Shown piece by piece: positions 47,260 through 56,508 of a stretch of DNA of 64,000 nt; positions within the stretch are counted from its first letter, which is position 1; every line of letters starts with the position of its first letter. The stretch covers positions 12,479 through 76,478 of IMG/VR virus record IMGVR_UViG_3300025137_005002. One strand, 5' to 3'. The stretch comes from a virus. A program made the translations under genes and the position numbers. Under the pieces are notes generated by a model that saw only the letters and a list, made by a program, of their open reading frames with translations, was not told where the DNA came from and did not search any database.

Positions 47260-48375
47260 CTAGGCATTATGACTGGCTTTGATATATTTTCCGAACCTGT
47301 CATAAAACTCTTTGTAGTTTTTAAGATATTTTGGTCTCAAAGGAATCTTGTATGTTACAAGTGCCGCCCTTGCACCAAGTACAACCATTTCAGTTTCGAA
47401 GTTATCCATCATAAACCTAAAGAAGTTATCTGCAAGTTTATGGAATTTTTCGATACCTTTTGTACCTTCTTTATTATATGCTTCTCTCAATTCGTAACAC
47501 ATTGAAACTGTCAATGAATACCTACCTGAGATTTCAACACTTGAATCTAACTTCTTAACTTTACCGTTAAGTACGTCAGTTGGATTAGGAAGTTTACCAC
47601 TGTTCTTCATAGTAGCCATAAACTTAACACCAACACCTTCACCTACTGCACCTGACACTAGGTTAGCCAATGTTGCTTCATCCATATCGTCGTCATCAAT
47701 AAGATCACTTACGAAAGTCCAACTTCTTGGAGTTGCAAAACTTCTACTAGAAGACCTAGGATCAAAATCAAATAAGTCTTGTTTGTGAACTGTAATGTGA
47801 CCAATTACATCAGAATGGATACCATTATTAATAGCCCACTCTAACCAACTATCATAATCAACTCTCATCTCCATATGAACAAATCTATTTGCCAACGGAG
47901 CAGGCATTCTATAAGTAACACCTTTATCAGTTTCTCTATTACCCGCCGCTACAATAACAACGTTATCAGGAAGTTGATACTTACCAACTCTGTTATTAAG
48001 AACAAGTTGATATGCCGCCGCCTGTGTAGATTGTGGAGCAGAGTTAAGTTCGTCTAAGAACAATACAACTGTATCGTATTTCTTAGCCAACTCGGCACTT
48101 GGAAGGTCAACTGGTGGAGCCCAATCCATAACGCCTAATTCTTTATTGTAAAAAGGAATACCTTTGATATCTGTAGGCTCCATAAGAGCCATTCTCAAAT
48201 CTATCAATAATGCATTACCAACGTCACCAGAATCAACGATGCCTTGCATCAGTTCTGATTTACCAATTCCCATAGGTCCCCAAAGGAACACGGGTCTCTT
48301 TTTTGTAAAGGCTTTTAATATTGCCTTCTTTGCTTCAGTACTTGTTACAGTTCTGTTTTCAGTGATTGTAGACAT
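47260..48375 (-). CDS. MoxR-like AAA+ ATPase
   Basis: GPMGIGKS Walker A, FLDELN Walker B, AAGN, PLANRF, TPRSW; AGGAG RBS. Confidence 0.92.
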   Translation of the reverse strand: MSTITENRTVTSTEAKKAILKAFTKKRPVFLWGPMGIGKSELMQGIVDSGDVGNALLIDLRMALMEPTDIKGIPFYNKELGVMDWAPPVDLPSAELAKKYDTVVLFLDELNSAPQSTQAAAYQLVLNNRVGKYQLPDNVVIVAAGNRETDKGVTYRMPAPLANRFVHMEMRVDYDSWLEWAINNGIHSDVIGHITVHKQDLFDFDPRSSSRSFATPRSWTFVSDLIDDDDMDEATLANLVSGAVGEGVGVKFMATMKNSGKLPNPTDVLNGKVKKLDSSVEISGRYSLTVSMCYELREAYNKEGTKGIEKFHKLADNFFRFMMDNFETEMVVLGARAALVTYKIPLRPKYLKNYKEFYDRFGKYIKASHNA

Positions 48376-48411
48376 AGTTTCTCCTGCTTTCTGTGTCATG
48401 TTTATAATTTT

Positions 48412-48439
48412 ATATTAGCACCATTCTGTATATTGTCAA
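48412..48439 (-). promoter_or_regulatory. Sigma70-like early promoter
   Basis: AAAAAGGTTGACA-N16-TAATAT. Confidence 0.75.
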
Positions 48440-48444
48440 CCTTT

Positions 48445-48792
48445 TTATGCAACATTTTGAAATCCTAAACTTGCAACAACGGATTTATTACCGCTTTCAT
48501 CTATGACAATATCTCCAACACTAACTGAATGCATTGGTTTAAATCTTTCTATTTGTTCTTCAGGACCTATATTACCAACTTCAAATACATCTTCTAAATC
48601 GTTAGCATTAATATTTGCAACGTGTTCAAAGTAACCATCTTTAAATGCTTGACTGGCTGGAACATTAATATCTTCATTACACATTATCATATCCATTTTA
48701 GCCTTCTGCTTTGGAACTGAATTATGTCCTGTTTCATTAACTTGGTCAACTTCTGCACTAGTAAGTTTAATTTGATAAAGTTTGTATTTCAT
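48445..48792 (-). CDS. YodL-like domain protein
   Basis: YKLYQI..LEDVF..N..HSVSVGDIV. Confidence 0.65.
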   Translation of the reverse strand: MKYKLYQIKLTSAEVDQVNETGHNSVPKQKAKMDMIMCNEDINVPASQAFKDGYFEHVANINANDLEDVFEVGNIGPEEQIERFKPMHSVSVGDIVIDESGNKSVVASLGFQNVA

Positions 48793-48822
48793 TATTTGTC
48801 CTTTTTCTCTTAACATACTATT

Positions 48823-48850
48823 ATAATAACACCATTCTGTTATCTGTCAA
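48823..48850 (-). promoter_or_regulatory. Sigma70-like early promoter
   Basis: AAAAAGGTTGACA-N16-TATTAT; spacer nearly identical to the 48412 promoter. Confidence 0.78.
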
Positions 48851-48855
48851 CCTTT

Positions 48856-49062
48856 TTATATTGCGTATTTTGACCAGTATTCTTGCCATACATCATATAA
48901 TCCATCTTCATAATTATCAGCATCAGATGATCCAGCAAGTAAATTTACATGGTCTTTCATTTTGTTTTGAAACTCGTTGTAGTCTTCACAACTTTTTATT
49001 TCTTCACAAGCGATATCGTAAAATTTATCTACGTTATCAAATATCATTGAACTCATTCCCAT
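48856..49062 (-). CDS. Hypothetical early protein
   Basis: AGGAG RBS. Confidence 0.7.
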   Translation of the reverse strand: MGMSSMIFDNVDKFYDIACEEIKSCEDYNEFQNKMKDHVNLLAGSSDADNYEDGLYDVWQEYWSKYAI

Positions 49063-49063
49063 A

Positions 49064-49264
49064 TTATACTCCTATTGTTGTTAATTGAAATATTGCTTCG
49101 TTAATGTGTAATGCGATACTAATACCAAATATCCATGCTAGTGTACCAAACATAAACCAAATCATAAGCAATACTATAAATGCTTTAATACTAAATTTAA
49201 TAATTTCTGGAAAGTATTTTACTGCTACAAAAATTATTGCTATTAATCCTATAAAACTTAACAT
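49064..49264 (-). CDS. Small membrane protein
   Basis: AGGAG RBS; hydrophobic. Confidence 0.7.
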   Translation of the reverse strand: MLSFIGLIAIIFVAVKYFPEIIKFSIKAFIVLLMIWFMFGTLAWIFGISIALHINEAIFQLTTIGV

Positions 49265-49286
49265 CTTATCTCCTTATTATAGTATT

Positions 49287-49314
49287 ACTATAACATGGAT
49301 TGCTAATACGTCAA
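49287..49314 (-). promoter_or_regulatory. Sigma70-like early promoter
   Basis: AAAAGGTTGACG-N16-TATAGT. Confidence 0.7.
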
Positions 49315-49430
49315 CCTTTTATTTTATCGCAGTTTATATGAAGAATTTGATACCTTAAATGCCCATTATATGGTAGTTTAATCGCTTATATAAGGGCCGT
49401 ATACGGGCAAACGGGTGTTTTGGGTGTACT

Positions 49431-49817
49431 TTACAAGGGTTTATTGGCTTCTAGATATAAATCTAAGTCGCCATCATATAAAGATAGCATTGTAGCCACT
49501 TGATCACCAAATAATTCAATTTTATGGTGGTCATTTGATAGTCGTCCTACTAGGAAATACGGACACTCTATTATTTTGTCCATATATAGGACTTTTTTCA
49601 TTGATTGTACAGGAGTTTTGAGAGTTAGTGTGGTATAATCAATATCACAGTTCTTTATAAAAAACTGCCTACCCACATGAGTTAATCTAAGTCCACCATC
49701 ATCTCTGAAGTTGGCCCAAATTTGAGGATAAATTGTTTTGAAAGGTTCGCTAACACCTACTGCTTCTTTAAGCAGTAATTCGGTTAACTCTCGTTTGTTG
49801 ATTCCGGATATATGCAT
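49431..49817 (-). CDS. Phage hypothetical protein
   Basis: W.NFR..GGLRLT..G; D....CPYF. Confidence 0.7.
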   Translation of the reverse strand: MHISGINKRELTELLLKEAVGVSEPFKTIYPQIWANFRDDGGLRLTHVGRQFFIKNCDIDYTTLTLKTPVQSMKKVLYMDKIIECPYFLVGRLSNDHHKIELFGDQVATMLSLYDGDLDLYLEANKPL

Positions 49818-50086
49818 TTGCCAGCATTCAGTAAAACTACTGTGAATTTATCACATTTAAATAGTACGTTTAATTTCTTTGCCAAGTTAATTGCATGGCC
49901 CGGATTAGAAAAAGAAACTTTTTTGTACTTTGGACTAGCATACCCAACCATTGCATTAAAACTTTTTAAGTTAATTGGTTTGGCATCATAAAAGACAGCC
50001 CACACACCTTCTGATTGAAGTATTTGATCTGTCTTGTAGTCTTTATCGACTTTTTCTATTAGTATTACTGGTTTTGGTCTACTCAC
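49784..50086 (-). CDS. Phage hypothetical protein
   Basis: SRPKP..WAVFY..PINL..KYKKVSFSNPGHA.NLAKKLN; GGAG RBS before GTG 50086; TAAATA upstream. Confidence 0.75.
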   Translation of the reverse strand: MSRPKPVILIEKVDKDYKTDQILQSEGVWAVFYDAKPINLKSFNAMVGYASPKYKKVSFSNPGHAINLAKKLNVLFKCDKFTVVLLNAGKCIYPESTNES

Positions 50087-50141
50087 TACATATTCTCCTA
50101 TTATAATATTATTTATCAAATAGAAGGATAAAGTGCTACTA

Positions 50142-50363
50142 TTATGAGCCGAATGAACCGCCGTCCATTTGCCCTGTAACAGGTGCGTTGTCTTGCTCCA
50201 TAACCTTAATTAACTTATCTTGTAATAAGATTACTTTACTTTGTAGTTCTACAATATCATTTAATAATAATTTTGCATCACTAGTTTGTAACGAGACCTG
50301 TTCCTTTTGCATATCACTACTGCTTGAAACTAGGTGACTGAAGTTACTAATTTGTATACTCAT
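50142..50363 (-). CDS. Hypothetical coiled-coil protein
   Basis: Ends MDGGSF. Confidence 0.65.
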   Translation of the reverse strand: MSIQISNFSHLVSSSSDMQKEQVSLQTSDAKLLLNDIVELQSKVILLQDKLIKVMEQDNAPVTGQMDGGSFGS

Positions 50364-50438
50364 TTTGGATCCTCTTTATTCATACGCCATAACATAAACA
50401 CTGGCAAAGAATAAATTAGTATCATAACTAATATCATA

Positions 50439-50954
50439 TTAATCATCTTCTTTACTCTTTTTTCTTAACATTGTTAGCATATCATCTTTCATTTTAAATG
50501 GTCCAATGAATTCATATTTGTCTAAGGTTACAAGTTTAGGACAGAAACTTCTTGTCCAGCCATTCTCATACTTAACAACATAATACCCGGCACAATGCAT
50601 ACTTTGGCTTTTTTCATTTTTAGAATATAAAGGTAATTTTTTCCTAACGTCATATACAACATTAAAAGATTTACTTGCACTAGGATAGCCATGAACATCA
50701 TCAACGTGTCGTTCATCTGTATTCCTAGTAACTTCTGTTTCTACAACTCTATTACTAACTTTGTATACATTAGTTTCAACGTCAATACCAAACTCTTCTT
50801 GTAGTTTATTTTTATCAGTTACTTGAAACTTACCGTTCTTATAACTGACTTCGTATTGCTCATTTGCAATCTGTCGAAGTGTTCCACACTTTTGACCATC
50901 GGATTCTATAATCCAAAACTTTTTATCAACTATTGTTTTTAAACTGTAACTCAT
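50439..50954 (-). CDS. Hypothetical protein
   Basis: Coupled to rnh; CAGYY..FCPKL..Y.F.GPF. Confidence 0.75.
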   Translation of the reverse strand: MSYSLKTIVDKKFWIIESDGQKCGTLRQIANEQYEVSYKNGKFQVTDKNKLQEEFGIDVETNVYKVSNRVVETEVTRNTDERHVDDVHGYPSASKSFNVVYDVRKKLPLYSKNEKSQSMHCAGYYVVKYENGWTRSFCPKLVTLDKYEFIGPFKMKDDMLTMLRKKSKEDD

Positions 50955-51943
50955 TCTCTATAACCTGCTTGTAAAAATTCTGCGTACTTTTGAGCATTCT
51001 CCGCCACCTTGTTTAATTCATACTTTCCACAAAACTTTAAAAACTTTGCACCTACCATTGTATGATCCTTTATTGCTACAGTTTCATCAATATGGTCATC
51101 TACATAGTCTTTTATTTCTTGTGGTTGTTTTGTCAAGTCAATCAACTGTACGTTTCGTTGATAATCATCTATTACACGATGCTCAATACCATTATGGTCT
51201 ACCCAACGTTGTAGCATCATATTATTCCAATTGAAGCCTTTGTTGTTTCTATCTTCAAATGCTTCTACTAATCCTACTTTATTCTTTGTACCTTTTTTAC
51301 GAACACCTGGAAATGCACTAAACACATTGTCACTAGTATCACCTCTCATACATTTTTCAAATAATAACCATTCAGGGTTAGGTGTTTCTTTAGGTTGTTT
51401 TGTTTTCTTATCAATTACATGATTACCTTTGTCATCAAAGATACCTTGTAGTGTATGTAATTCTTGTGTAATGCCGTTGTATTGTGTAACCTTATCAGTT
51501 ATTAACTGTATAAAGTCTGTGTCACTACTAACAATACAATGTTCATCTTCAGGATGTTTATGTACCCAACGTGCAATAATATCATCTGCTTCTGCAATAT
51601 CACATCTTAATACAGAACAGTTTGTTTTCTCTCTTAAGAATGTTGTAAGTTCGTCAAATGCCTCCCAAAACAATTTATCTTCTTCTTGCTCTGTTTCAGT
51701 AAGTGCCTGTCTTGCCACTGCTCTATTCTTTTTATAAGGTTCATAGAAGTCTTTACGCCAACTACGTCCTTCCAAACAAAACACAACATGATCCGCTCCT
51801 TGCTTTGACCATGCCTTAAGTACTGCATTCAATGTAATATGAACTGCTAGTCCTAGTTTCTCCCAACTGTCAGTGCCTCTAAATGCTACGTGACGTGCTC
51901 TAAAAAAGGTATTTGCGGTGTCTACTAATAGATATTTTGTCAT
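50951..51943 (-). CDS. rnh: T4-type RNase H / 5'-3' exonuclease
   Basis: LLVD..N..FR, WRK..Y..YK.NR, EADD, VSSDTDF.QL, GDTSDN. Confidence 0.92.
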   Translation of the reverse strand: MTKYLLVDTANTFFRARHVAFRGTDSWEKLGLAVHITLNAVLKAWSKQGADHVVFCLEGRSWRKDFYEPYKKNRAVARQALTETEQEEDKLFWEAFDELTTFLREKTNCSVLRCDIAEADDIIARWVHKHPEDEHCIVSSDTDFIQLITDKVTQYNGITQELHTLQGIFDDKGNHVIDKKTKQPKETPNPEWLLFEKCMRGDTSDNVFSAFPGVRKKGTKNKVGLVEAFEDRNNKGFNWNNMMLQRWVDHNGIEHRVIDDYQRNVQLIDLTKQPQEIKDYVDDHIDETVAIKDHTMVGAKFLKFCGKYELNKVAENAQKYAEFLQAGYRE

Positions 51944-51944
51944 G

Positions 51945-52121
51945 TTAGTCCTTATTGATAATGTCTGGTGTTATAGCATCAATTACATTTACTGTTGTTC
52001 CAACAACTGCTTTAGCCGTATAGATAGTTGTACTAGCAACTGTGTCAACTACTGCCACTGAAGTGCTACAACCTGTTAGTATAGTAATAAATGCTAAACT
52101 TAATATTGCTTTTCTAATCAT
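51945..52121 (-). CDS. Small lipoprotein (58 aa)
   Basis: MIRKAILSLAFITILTGC lipobox, read manually. Confidence 0.65.
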   Translation of the reverse strand: MIRKAILSLAFITILTGCSTSVAVVDTVASTTIYTAKAVVGTTVNVIDAITPDIINKD

Positions 52122-53208
52122 ACTGTATTGTAAACAATTTTGTCTCTTCTGTCAAGTCCTTATATATCTTTTCGCCAATTCTTTCGTGTTCTCTTTTGTC
52201 TATAGTACGAGTTTTAAATGATGAATTGTATTGTGATCCTGTTCTAATGTCTCTAATTATATCTGATTCTTTAGGATCTGCTTTGGCTCTAACCTTGTGT
52301 AAATGTGTTATTTTTTGTGCTATAGTATGGTTGATAATATGTACAAAATCTAAATCTTTATCTAAATTTTCAAACAACACATCAGAAAATAACTTCTGAC
52401 TCCATTTAGGATCAGTCCATTTAATATTAATATGAGGTTGATCGATTAACCTTCTTTTCTGTTTTATTTTTTGTTTAGTAATTGCATTTGTATTATTGTC
52501 CCGCTCTTCATTAAGTTTTCTATGTCTCATTATCTCAAGGTCTAATTGTTTTTTGTTTGTAACTTGATCATAGTAAACAGATTCTTCACCATGTTTACGA
52601 ATGTCATTAAACACTTGTTGTATATACCAATCTTCTAAATTATGATATTGTGTAGAATGTATTAAGAATCTATTGTAATAATCTGACACTTCATTTACTA
52701 TTTCGCAGAATTCAGTTCTTAACTCTTTTAACATTTTGTGATCGTTAAGTGTATGATCATTTAATTCTTGTAATGCTCCAGCAACTTCAGTTGGGTGTCC
52801 TTTAAAAATAACTTTTTGCAGTTTTTCTAGTCGAGCATTTTCTTCTGGTGATGTAGATAGTAAACCTAACTTACCTTTGTATAAAGGTACATTAAGAAAG
52901 TAATAATTAATAACATCTTCTTCATCACTGTATTCTTCTATAAGTCTTATAGTTTCTTTAATTGCACCACCAAAACTTAAATCATGGTCTTGTATGTAAT
53001 AAATGTTTGCATCTAACTTATTAGCAACCATATCAGCCCAACTATTATATAAAGAGTCAGGATCATTAATAAAATTCTTCTTGGGCCACTTCATGTCATT
53101 AAACTTTACACCTTGTTGTTTATTTGATGACGGTTGTCTAGGTAAGTCCCAGCCATCACCAATTACAAATATTCTGTGTTTAGTTTCGTTGTTAATATAG
53201 TTTGTCAT
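52114..53208 (-). CDS. Hypothetical protein (degenerate SGNH-like N-terminus)
   Basis: IFVIGDGW..SWADMVANKL. Confidence 0.6.
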   Translation of the reverse strand: MTNYINNETKHRIFVIGDGWDLPRQPSSNKQQGVKFNDMKWPKKNFINDPDSLYNSWADMVANKLDANIYYIQDHDLSFGGAIKETIRLIEEYSDEEDVINYYFLNVPLYKGKLGLLSTSPEENARLEKLQKVIFKGHPTEVAGALQELNDHTLNDHKMLKELRTEFCEIVNEVSDYYNRFLIHSTQYHNLEDWYIQQVFNDIRKHGEESVYYDQVTNKKQLDLEIMRHRKLNEERDNNTNAITKQKIKQKRRLIDQPHINIKWTDPKWSQKLFSDVLFENLDKDLDFVHIINHTIAQKITHLHKVRAKADPKESDIIRDIRTGSQYNSSFKTRTIDKREHERIGEKIYKDLTEETKLFTIQYD

Positions 53209-53921
53209 AATAGTTTTAAGAAACTCCCTTTTAAAGATTTGTATGCGTCAGCATCAAAGTATTGTCTTCTATAAGGTTTGTGATTTTCGGATAGAATGTC
53301 TACAATACTTTCATCTAAAAACTCAACATTTTTTGGTAAATCTAAATTTAGATTTTCGTAATGTGTAGTTCTAAATAGTATTATCTTCTTTGTAATAGTA
53401 CTTATTCGTTCTAAAAACATCTGTAATAAGTCAACTTTACCATTTAAGTCTATAACTTGTTCTTTCTTATCACACATCATATTATATGTTGCTTCTTGGT
53501 CTTTTTCTAACCAACCTATATTATCTTTACCGTCTAATAATAGGTACTTGTTTAGAAAAGGATCAATGTCACAACTAACTGGACCAAAGTCTAATTCAAA
53601 CGTTTGTTTGTTTTTTAAATATGTAGAATATAAATTAGGAATACCAACAAATGCTATTGTTTGATCCTGTTGTTCTAGTATTTGTCTTTCATAATTTTCT
53701 ATTGTATCTAACATTTCTTCTAGTGTTAGTCTATGATGTCCAACTACAATACTTCTTGCTTTGTATAGTTCTGCTAGATGGCTTACGAAACTTCCTTCTC
53801 TATTATCAGGATGTTCTACGTTGTGCATTCCAAAGTATTTTGGATCTTCGTCAGCAAGATGATAAAGGTTGCTTGTACAACAACCACTTGTATAACCATC
53901 GCCTATATTATAAAATAACAT
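53205..53921 (-). CDS. Hypothetical protein (SGNH-like N-terminus)
   Basis: YNIGDGYTSG..HPDN..SF...LA. Confidence 0.6.
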   Translation of the reverse strand: MLFYNIGDGYTSGCCTSNLYHLADEDPKYFGMHNVEHPDNREGSFVSHLAELYKARSIVVGHHRLTLEEMLDTIENYERQILEQQDQTIAFVGIPNLYSTYLKNKQTFELDFGPVSCDIDPFLNKYLLLDGKDNIGWLEKDQEATYNMMCDKKEQVIDLNGKVDLLQMFLERISTITKKIILFRTTHYENLNLDLPKNVEFLDESIVDILSENHKPYRRQYFDADAYKSLKGSFLKLL

Positions 53922-54257
53922 TTACTTTCCTATCTCCCAACCAACTACTATTCCGTAATTCTTGTCGCCTATATTTTCGTATGCTGGTGAAATAAACCAT
54001 GTTCCAACTTTATATCTAATCATTGGAATAACATCTCTATATTTGTACCCTGTTACTAATCCTAGTTCTAACTTACCGTTTTCAGTAATTTGATATTCTT
54101 TACCTACATATGCACTAACTCTACTCTCAGAATTATAATATATACCTGTTATATTATTATCTATTGTGCATCTGGCGTGAGGATGTAAATTATTATAATC
54201 TCCCTCTAAACCTATGTGTGCCGTTAAGGCTAGAAATAAACCTATGCAAGTGTTCAC
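53922..54257 (-). CDS. Small beta-barrel-like protein (PagP-like pattern)
   Basis: YNNLHP, GIYYNSESRVSAYVG, GLVTGY; amphipathic strands. Confidence 0.5.
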   Translation of the reverse strand: MNTCIGLFLALTAHIGLEGDYNNLHPHARCTIDNNITGIYYNSESRVSAYVGKEYQITENGKLELGLVTGYKYRDVIPMIRYKVGTWFISPAYENIGDKNYGIVVGWEIGK

Positions 54258-54460
54258 TTAACACTTCTCTTTAAATCGTCTCGGTTATTACAGAACACTC
54301 TTACAAGTCTTGAAACATCAATTTCTTCAGTTTTAAGTGTTTTAGGGTTTGTAAAGATTACTTTGCTTTTGTTTACTTCTAATTTAATTCCTATATCAGA
54401 AGATACTATAATAGCATTGTCTGTATTCTTTCTCCAATCGTGTGAACTATATTCAGCCAT
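54254..54460 (-). CDS. Hypothetical protein
   Basis: Coupled ORF with GGAGG RBS. Confidence 0.65.
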   Translation of the reverse strand: MAEYSSHDWRKNTDNAIIVSSDIGIKLEVNKSKVIFTNPKTLKTEEIDVSRLVRVFCNNRDDLKRSVK

Positions 54461-54840
54461 TACTTGACCTCCTTATAGCCGTCCCCTATGTCTTTTGTTT
54501 CAATGAATCTGCTTCTTTCTTTTTCATCCATTGCTTCATACTCACTTAATGCAACATTTTTACATACTGCATTAAACCACTGGTCAACTACATCTTCGTC
54601 TTTCACACCTTGAAAGCCTTTGCTTCTAAGTTCTTCTACAAAGTATTGATTCCAATCTAATTCAAATGCACCTTGTACTGGATTCTCTGAATCAATATCT
54701 AATCCAATAACTTCTATAAAAGGTTCTTTGTTTTTAGTTGCCAATGCTTTTGCTTCAGCAGAGTCTTTAGGTGTTTGTGCTTTAATTGTTTTTTCAAGTT
54801 TTTCTTTTGTGCCAAACATCTTTTTTAGTTTATCTATCAT
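54460..54840 (-). CDS. Phage hypothetical protein
   Basis: EPFI.V..GAFELDWN.YF..L...GF.G..DE.VVDQWF..VC. Confidence 0.75.
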   Translation of the reverse strand: MIDKLKKMFGTKEKLEKTIKAQTPKDSAEAKALATKNKEPFIEVIGLDIDSENPVQGAFELDWNQYFVEELRSKGFQGVKDEDVVDQWFNAVCKNVALSEYEAMDEKERSRFIETKDIGDGYKEVK

Positions 54841-54841
54841 A

Positions 54842-55069
54842 CTACTCCTTTCCGCTATTTAAATCCATAGCATTTAGTTCTTTAGCCATATTTAGAAAGT
54901 TTGCTATCATGGCATCCATTTTTATGTTAGACTGATCCATACCTGCAGGAATACATATGGCTTTCTGATCTTGTTTTATAACTTGATCCAATGCTTCTTT
55001 ACATATATCTGCGTTAGGATACATAACATTCAAACTTAACAAACTCGATATTAGCATATATTTTATCAT
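54842..55069 (-). CDS. Small hypothetical protein
   Basis: AAGGA RBS before ATG 55069. Confidence 0.6.
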   Translation of the reverse strand: MIKYMLISSLLSLNVMYPNADICKEALDQVIKQDQKAICIPAGMDQSNIKMDAMIANFLNMAKELNAMDLNSGKE

Positions 55070-55079
55070 TGTTTTTCCT

Positions 55080-55976
55080 TTACGTTCCGATTGCGTTACC
55101 AAATAGATAAACGTGTACTCTTGCCGCTACGTTATATCCTCTTTTAAAAGCCTTCTCTGCCACTTCACCAGCACCAGTTGTTTGCTCTTCTTCTCTTGCT
55201 CCTGTGGGCATAACCCAAACGGGCCAATCAACGCCAGCATCTTTAAACTTTGCTATTGCGTCTTCCATCTCTTCCCACTCTCTTTCTTTAGGTCCTACTA
55301 CAAATTTAAGTTGTCCTTTACTAGAAAGTTTTCTATACTCTGCAACTACTTCAGGCTTAATTGCTTTCTCAGGCTTTTCACCTGACACTGTAAATAGTTT
55401 AGGACTACAACTAAAGAATATTTCAGTATCTATTCTGTTTACCCAATCACAGAACTCTGGTCTTAATTTTTGTGTACCATTTGTTTCAAATGTCATAGAC
55501 TCCGGCAAGTTATTTTGTCTCTCAAGTTCTTCATATATACCAATTGTTGCTCTTTGCCCTGTAATCATTAAAGGCTCACCACCTGTAATACATAAGTGTT
55601 GCCTTTGATTTGTAACCGGGTGCAAAAATAATCCTTCTGGATTACTTTCATTCTTCATTACGTCAACAATCTTCTGTGCTAATACACTAGGAGTTTCTTG
55701 TCCCATTAACTGCTTAAACTTCTTGGCCCAAGTATAACTACTGTCGCAACCTTTTTCCCATACAGGCAAGTCTTCAACTTTCTTTACACTGTCAACATCA
55801 AAGTCTTCAAAAGGTAATTCATATGTATCTGGATTTGTAGGATCTATTTGTCCAAAGCCATTACACTGTAAATTACATAAAAAGAATCTTATCCAAGCAG
55901 TAGGCACACCTGTATAGTTACCCTCTCCTTGGATACTGTGAAATATTTCGCTATAATAATATTTCTTTTCTTCCAT
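55080..55976 (-). CDS. queE: 7-carboxy-7-deazaguanine synthase QueE (radical SAM)
   Basis: EIFHSIQGEG..GVP..WIRF..CNLQC, CDS, ITGGEPL, FETNGT, SPKL, RVHVYL; adjacent to queD. Confidence 0.9.
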   Translation of the reverse strand: MEEKKYYYSEIFHSIQGEGNYTGVPTAWIRFFLCNLQCNGFGQIDPTNPDTYELPFEDFDVDSVKKVEDLPVWEKGCDSSYTWAKKFKQLMGQETPSVLAQKIVDVMKNESNPEGLFLHPVTNQRQHLCITGGEPLMITGQRATIGIYEELERQNNLPESMTFETNGTQKLRPEFCDWVNRIDTEIFFSCSPKLFTVSGEKPEKAIKPEVVAEYRKLSSKGQLKFVVGPKEREWEEMEDAIAKFKDAGVDWPVWVMPTGAREEEQTTGAGEVAEKAFKRGYNVAARVHVYLFGNAIGT

Positions 55977-55981
55977 TAATT

Positions 55982-56455
55982 CTACTTCTCAAAAATTGCA
56001 CTATTGGCGCCATGTTCAAAACACTCTACACTTTTAACTCTAACTGTAGGGTTCAGCGATGTTCCAGCCCTCTCTGACTGTAGTAATATGCTCTCCATTT
56101 TAAGAAAAGCCATTTCAGCAAAACGTTCACTTCCAACTGCTGGAAATACTCTAACTTCTGCTAGACCTTTTGCATTTAATTCTTCTAATGCTCCACGTTG
56201 TGGATCATCTTCAGCAACAACAAGAGTATGATCGAACTTATCTTCTAACCATTTCTTCATCTCTTTCATACCGCCAAAGTCCATTACCCAGTTACGTTCA
56301 TCAAGTTCTGTGCATTCAAACACAAACTTAAAACCTAAACTGTAACCATGTAATAGTTTACAATGACTATGTTCTGCTCGCCACTGCCTAAAACAACAAG
56401 ATAGTCCTCTATCATTGCCATAGGTTTTTGTACTTAAAAATGTACCTTTATCCAT
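55982..56455 (-). CDS. queD: 6-carboxytetrahydropterin synthase QueD
   Basis: HCKLLHGYS, WVMDFG, FDH, E..E..NSA. Confidence 0.9.
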   Translation of the reverse strand: MDKGTFLSTKTYGNDRGLSCCFRQWRAEHSHCKLLHGYSLGFKFVFECTELDERNWVMDFGGMKEMKKWLEDKFDHTLVVAEDDPQRGALEELNAKGLAEVRVFPAVGSERFAEMAFLKMESILLQSERAGTSLNPTVRVKSVECFEHGANSAIFEK

Positions 56456-56477
56456 ATTTTGCTCCATGTTTCTTTAT

Positions 56478-56507
56478 ATTATACACTATATTTAGGCTCG
56501 ATGTCAA
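56478..56507 (-). promoter_or_regulatory. Promoter for queD-queE (sigma70-like with embedded TAAATA)
   Basis: TTGACA-N18-TATAAT; TAAATA at 56489-56494. Confidence 0.55.
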
Positions 56508-56508
56508 G

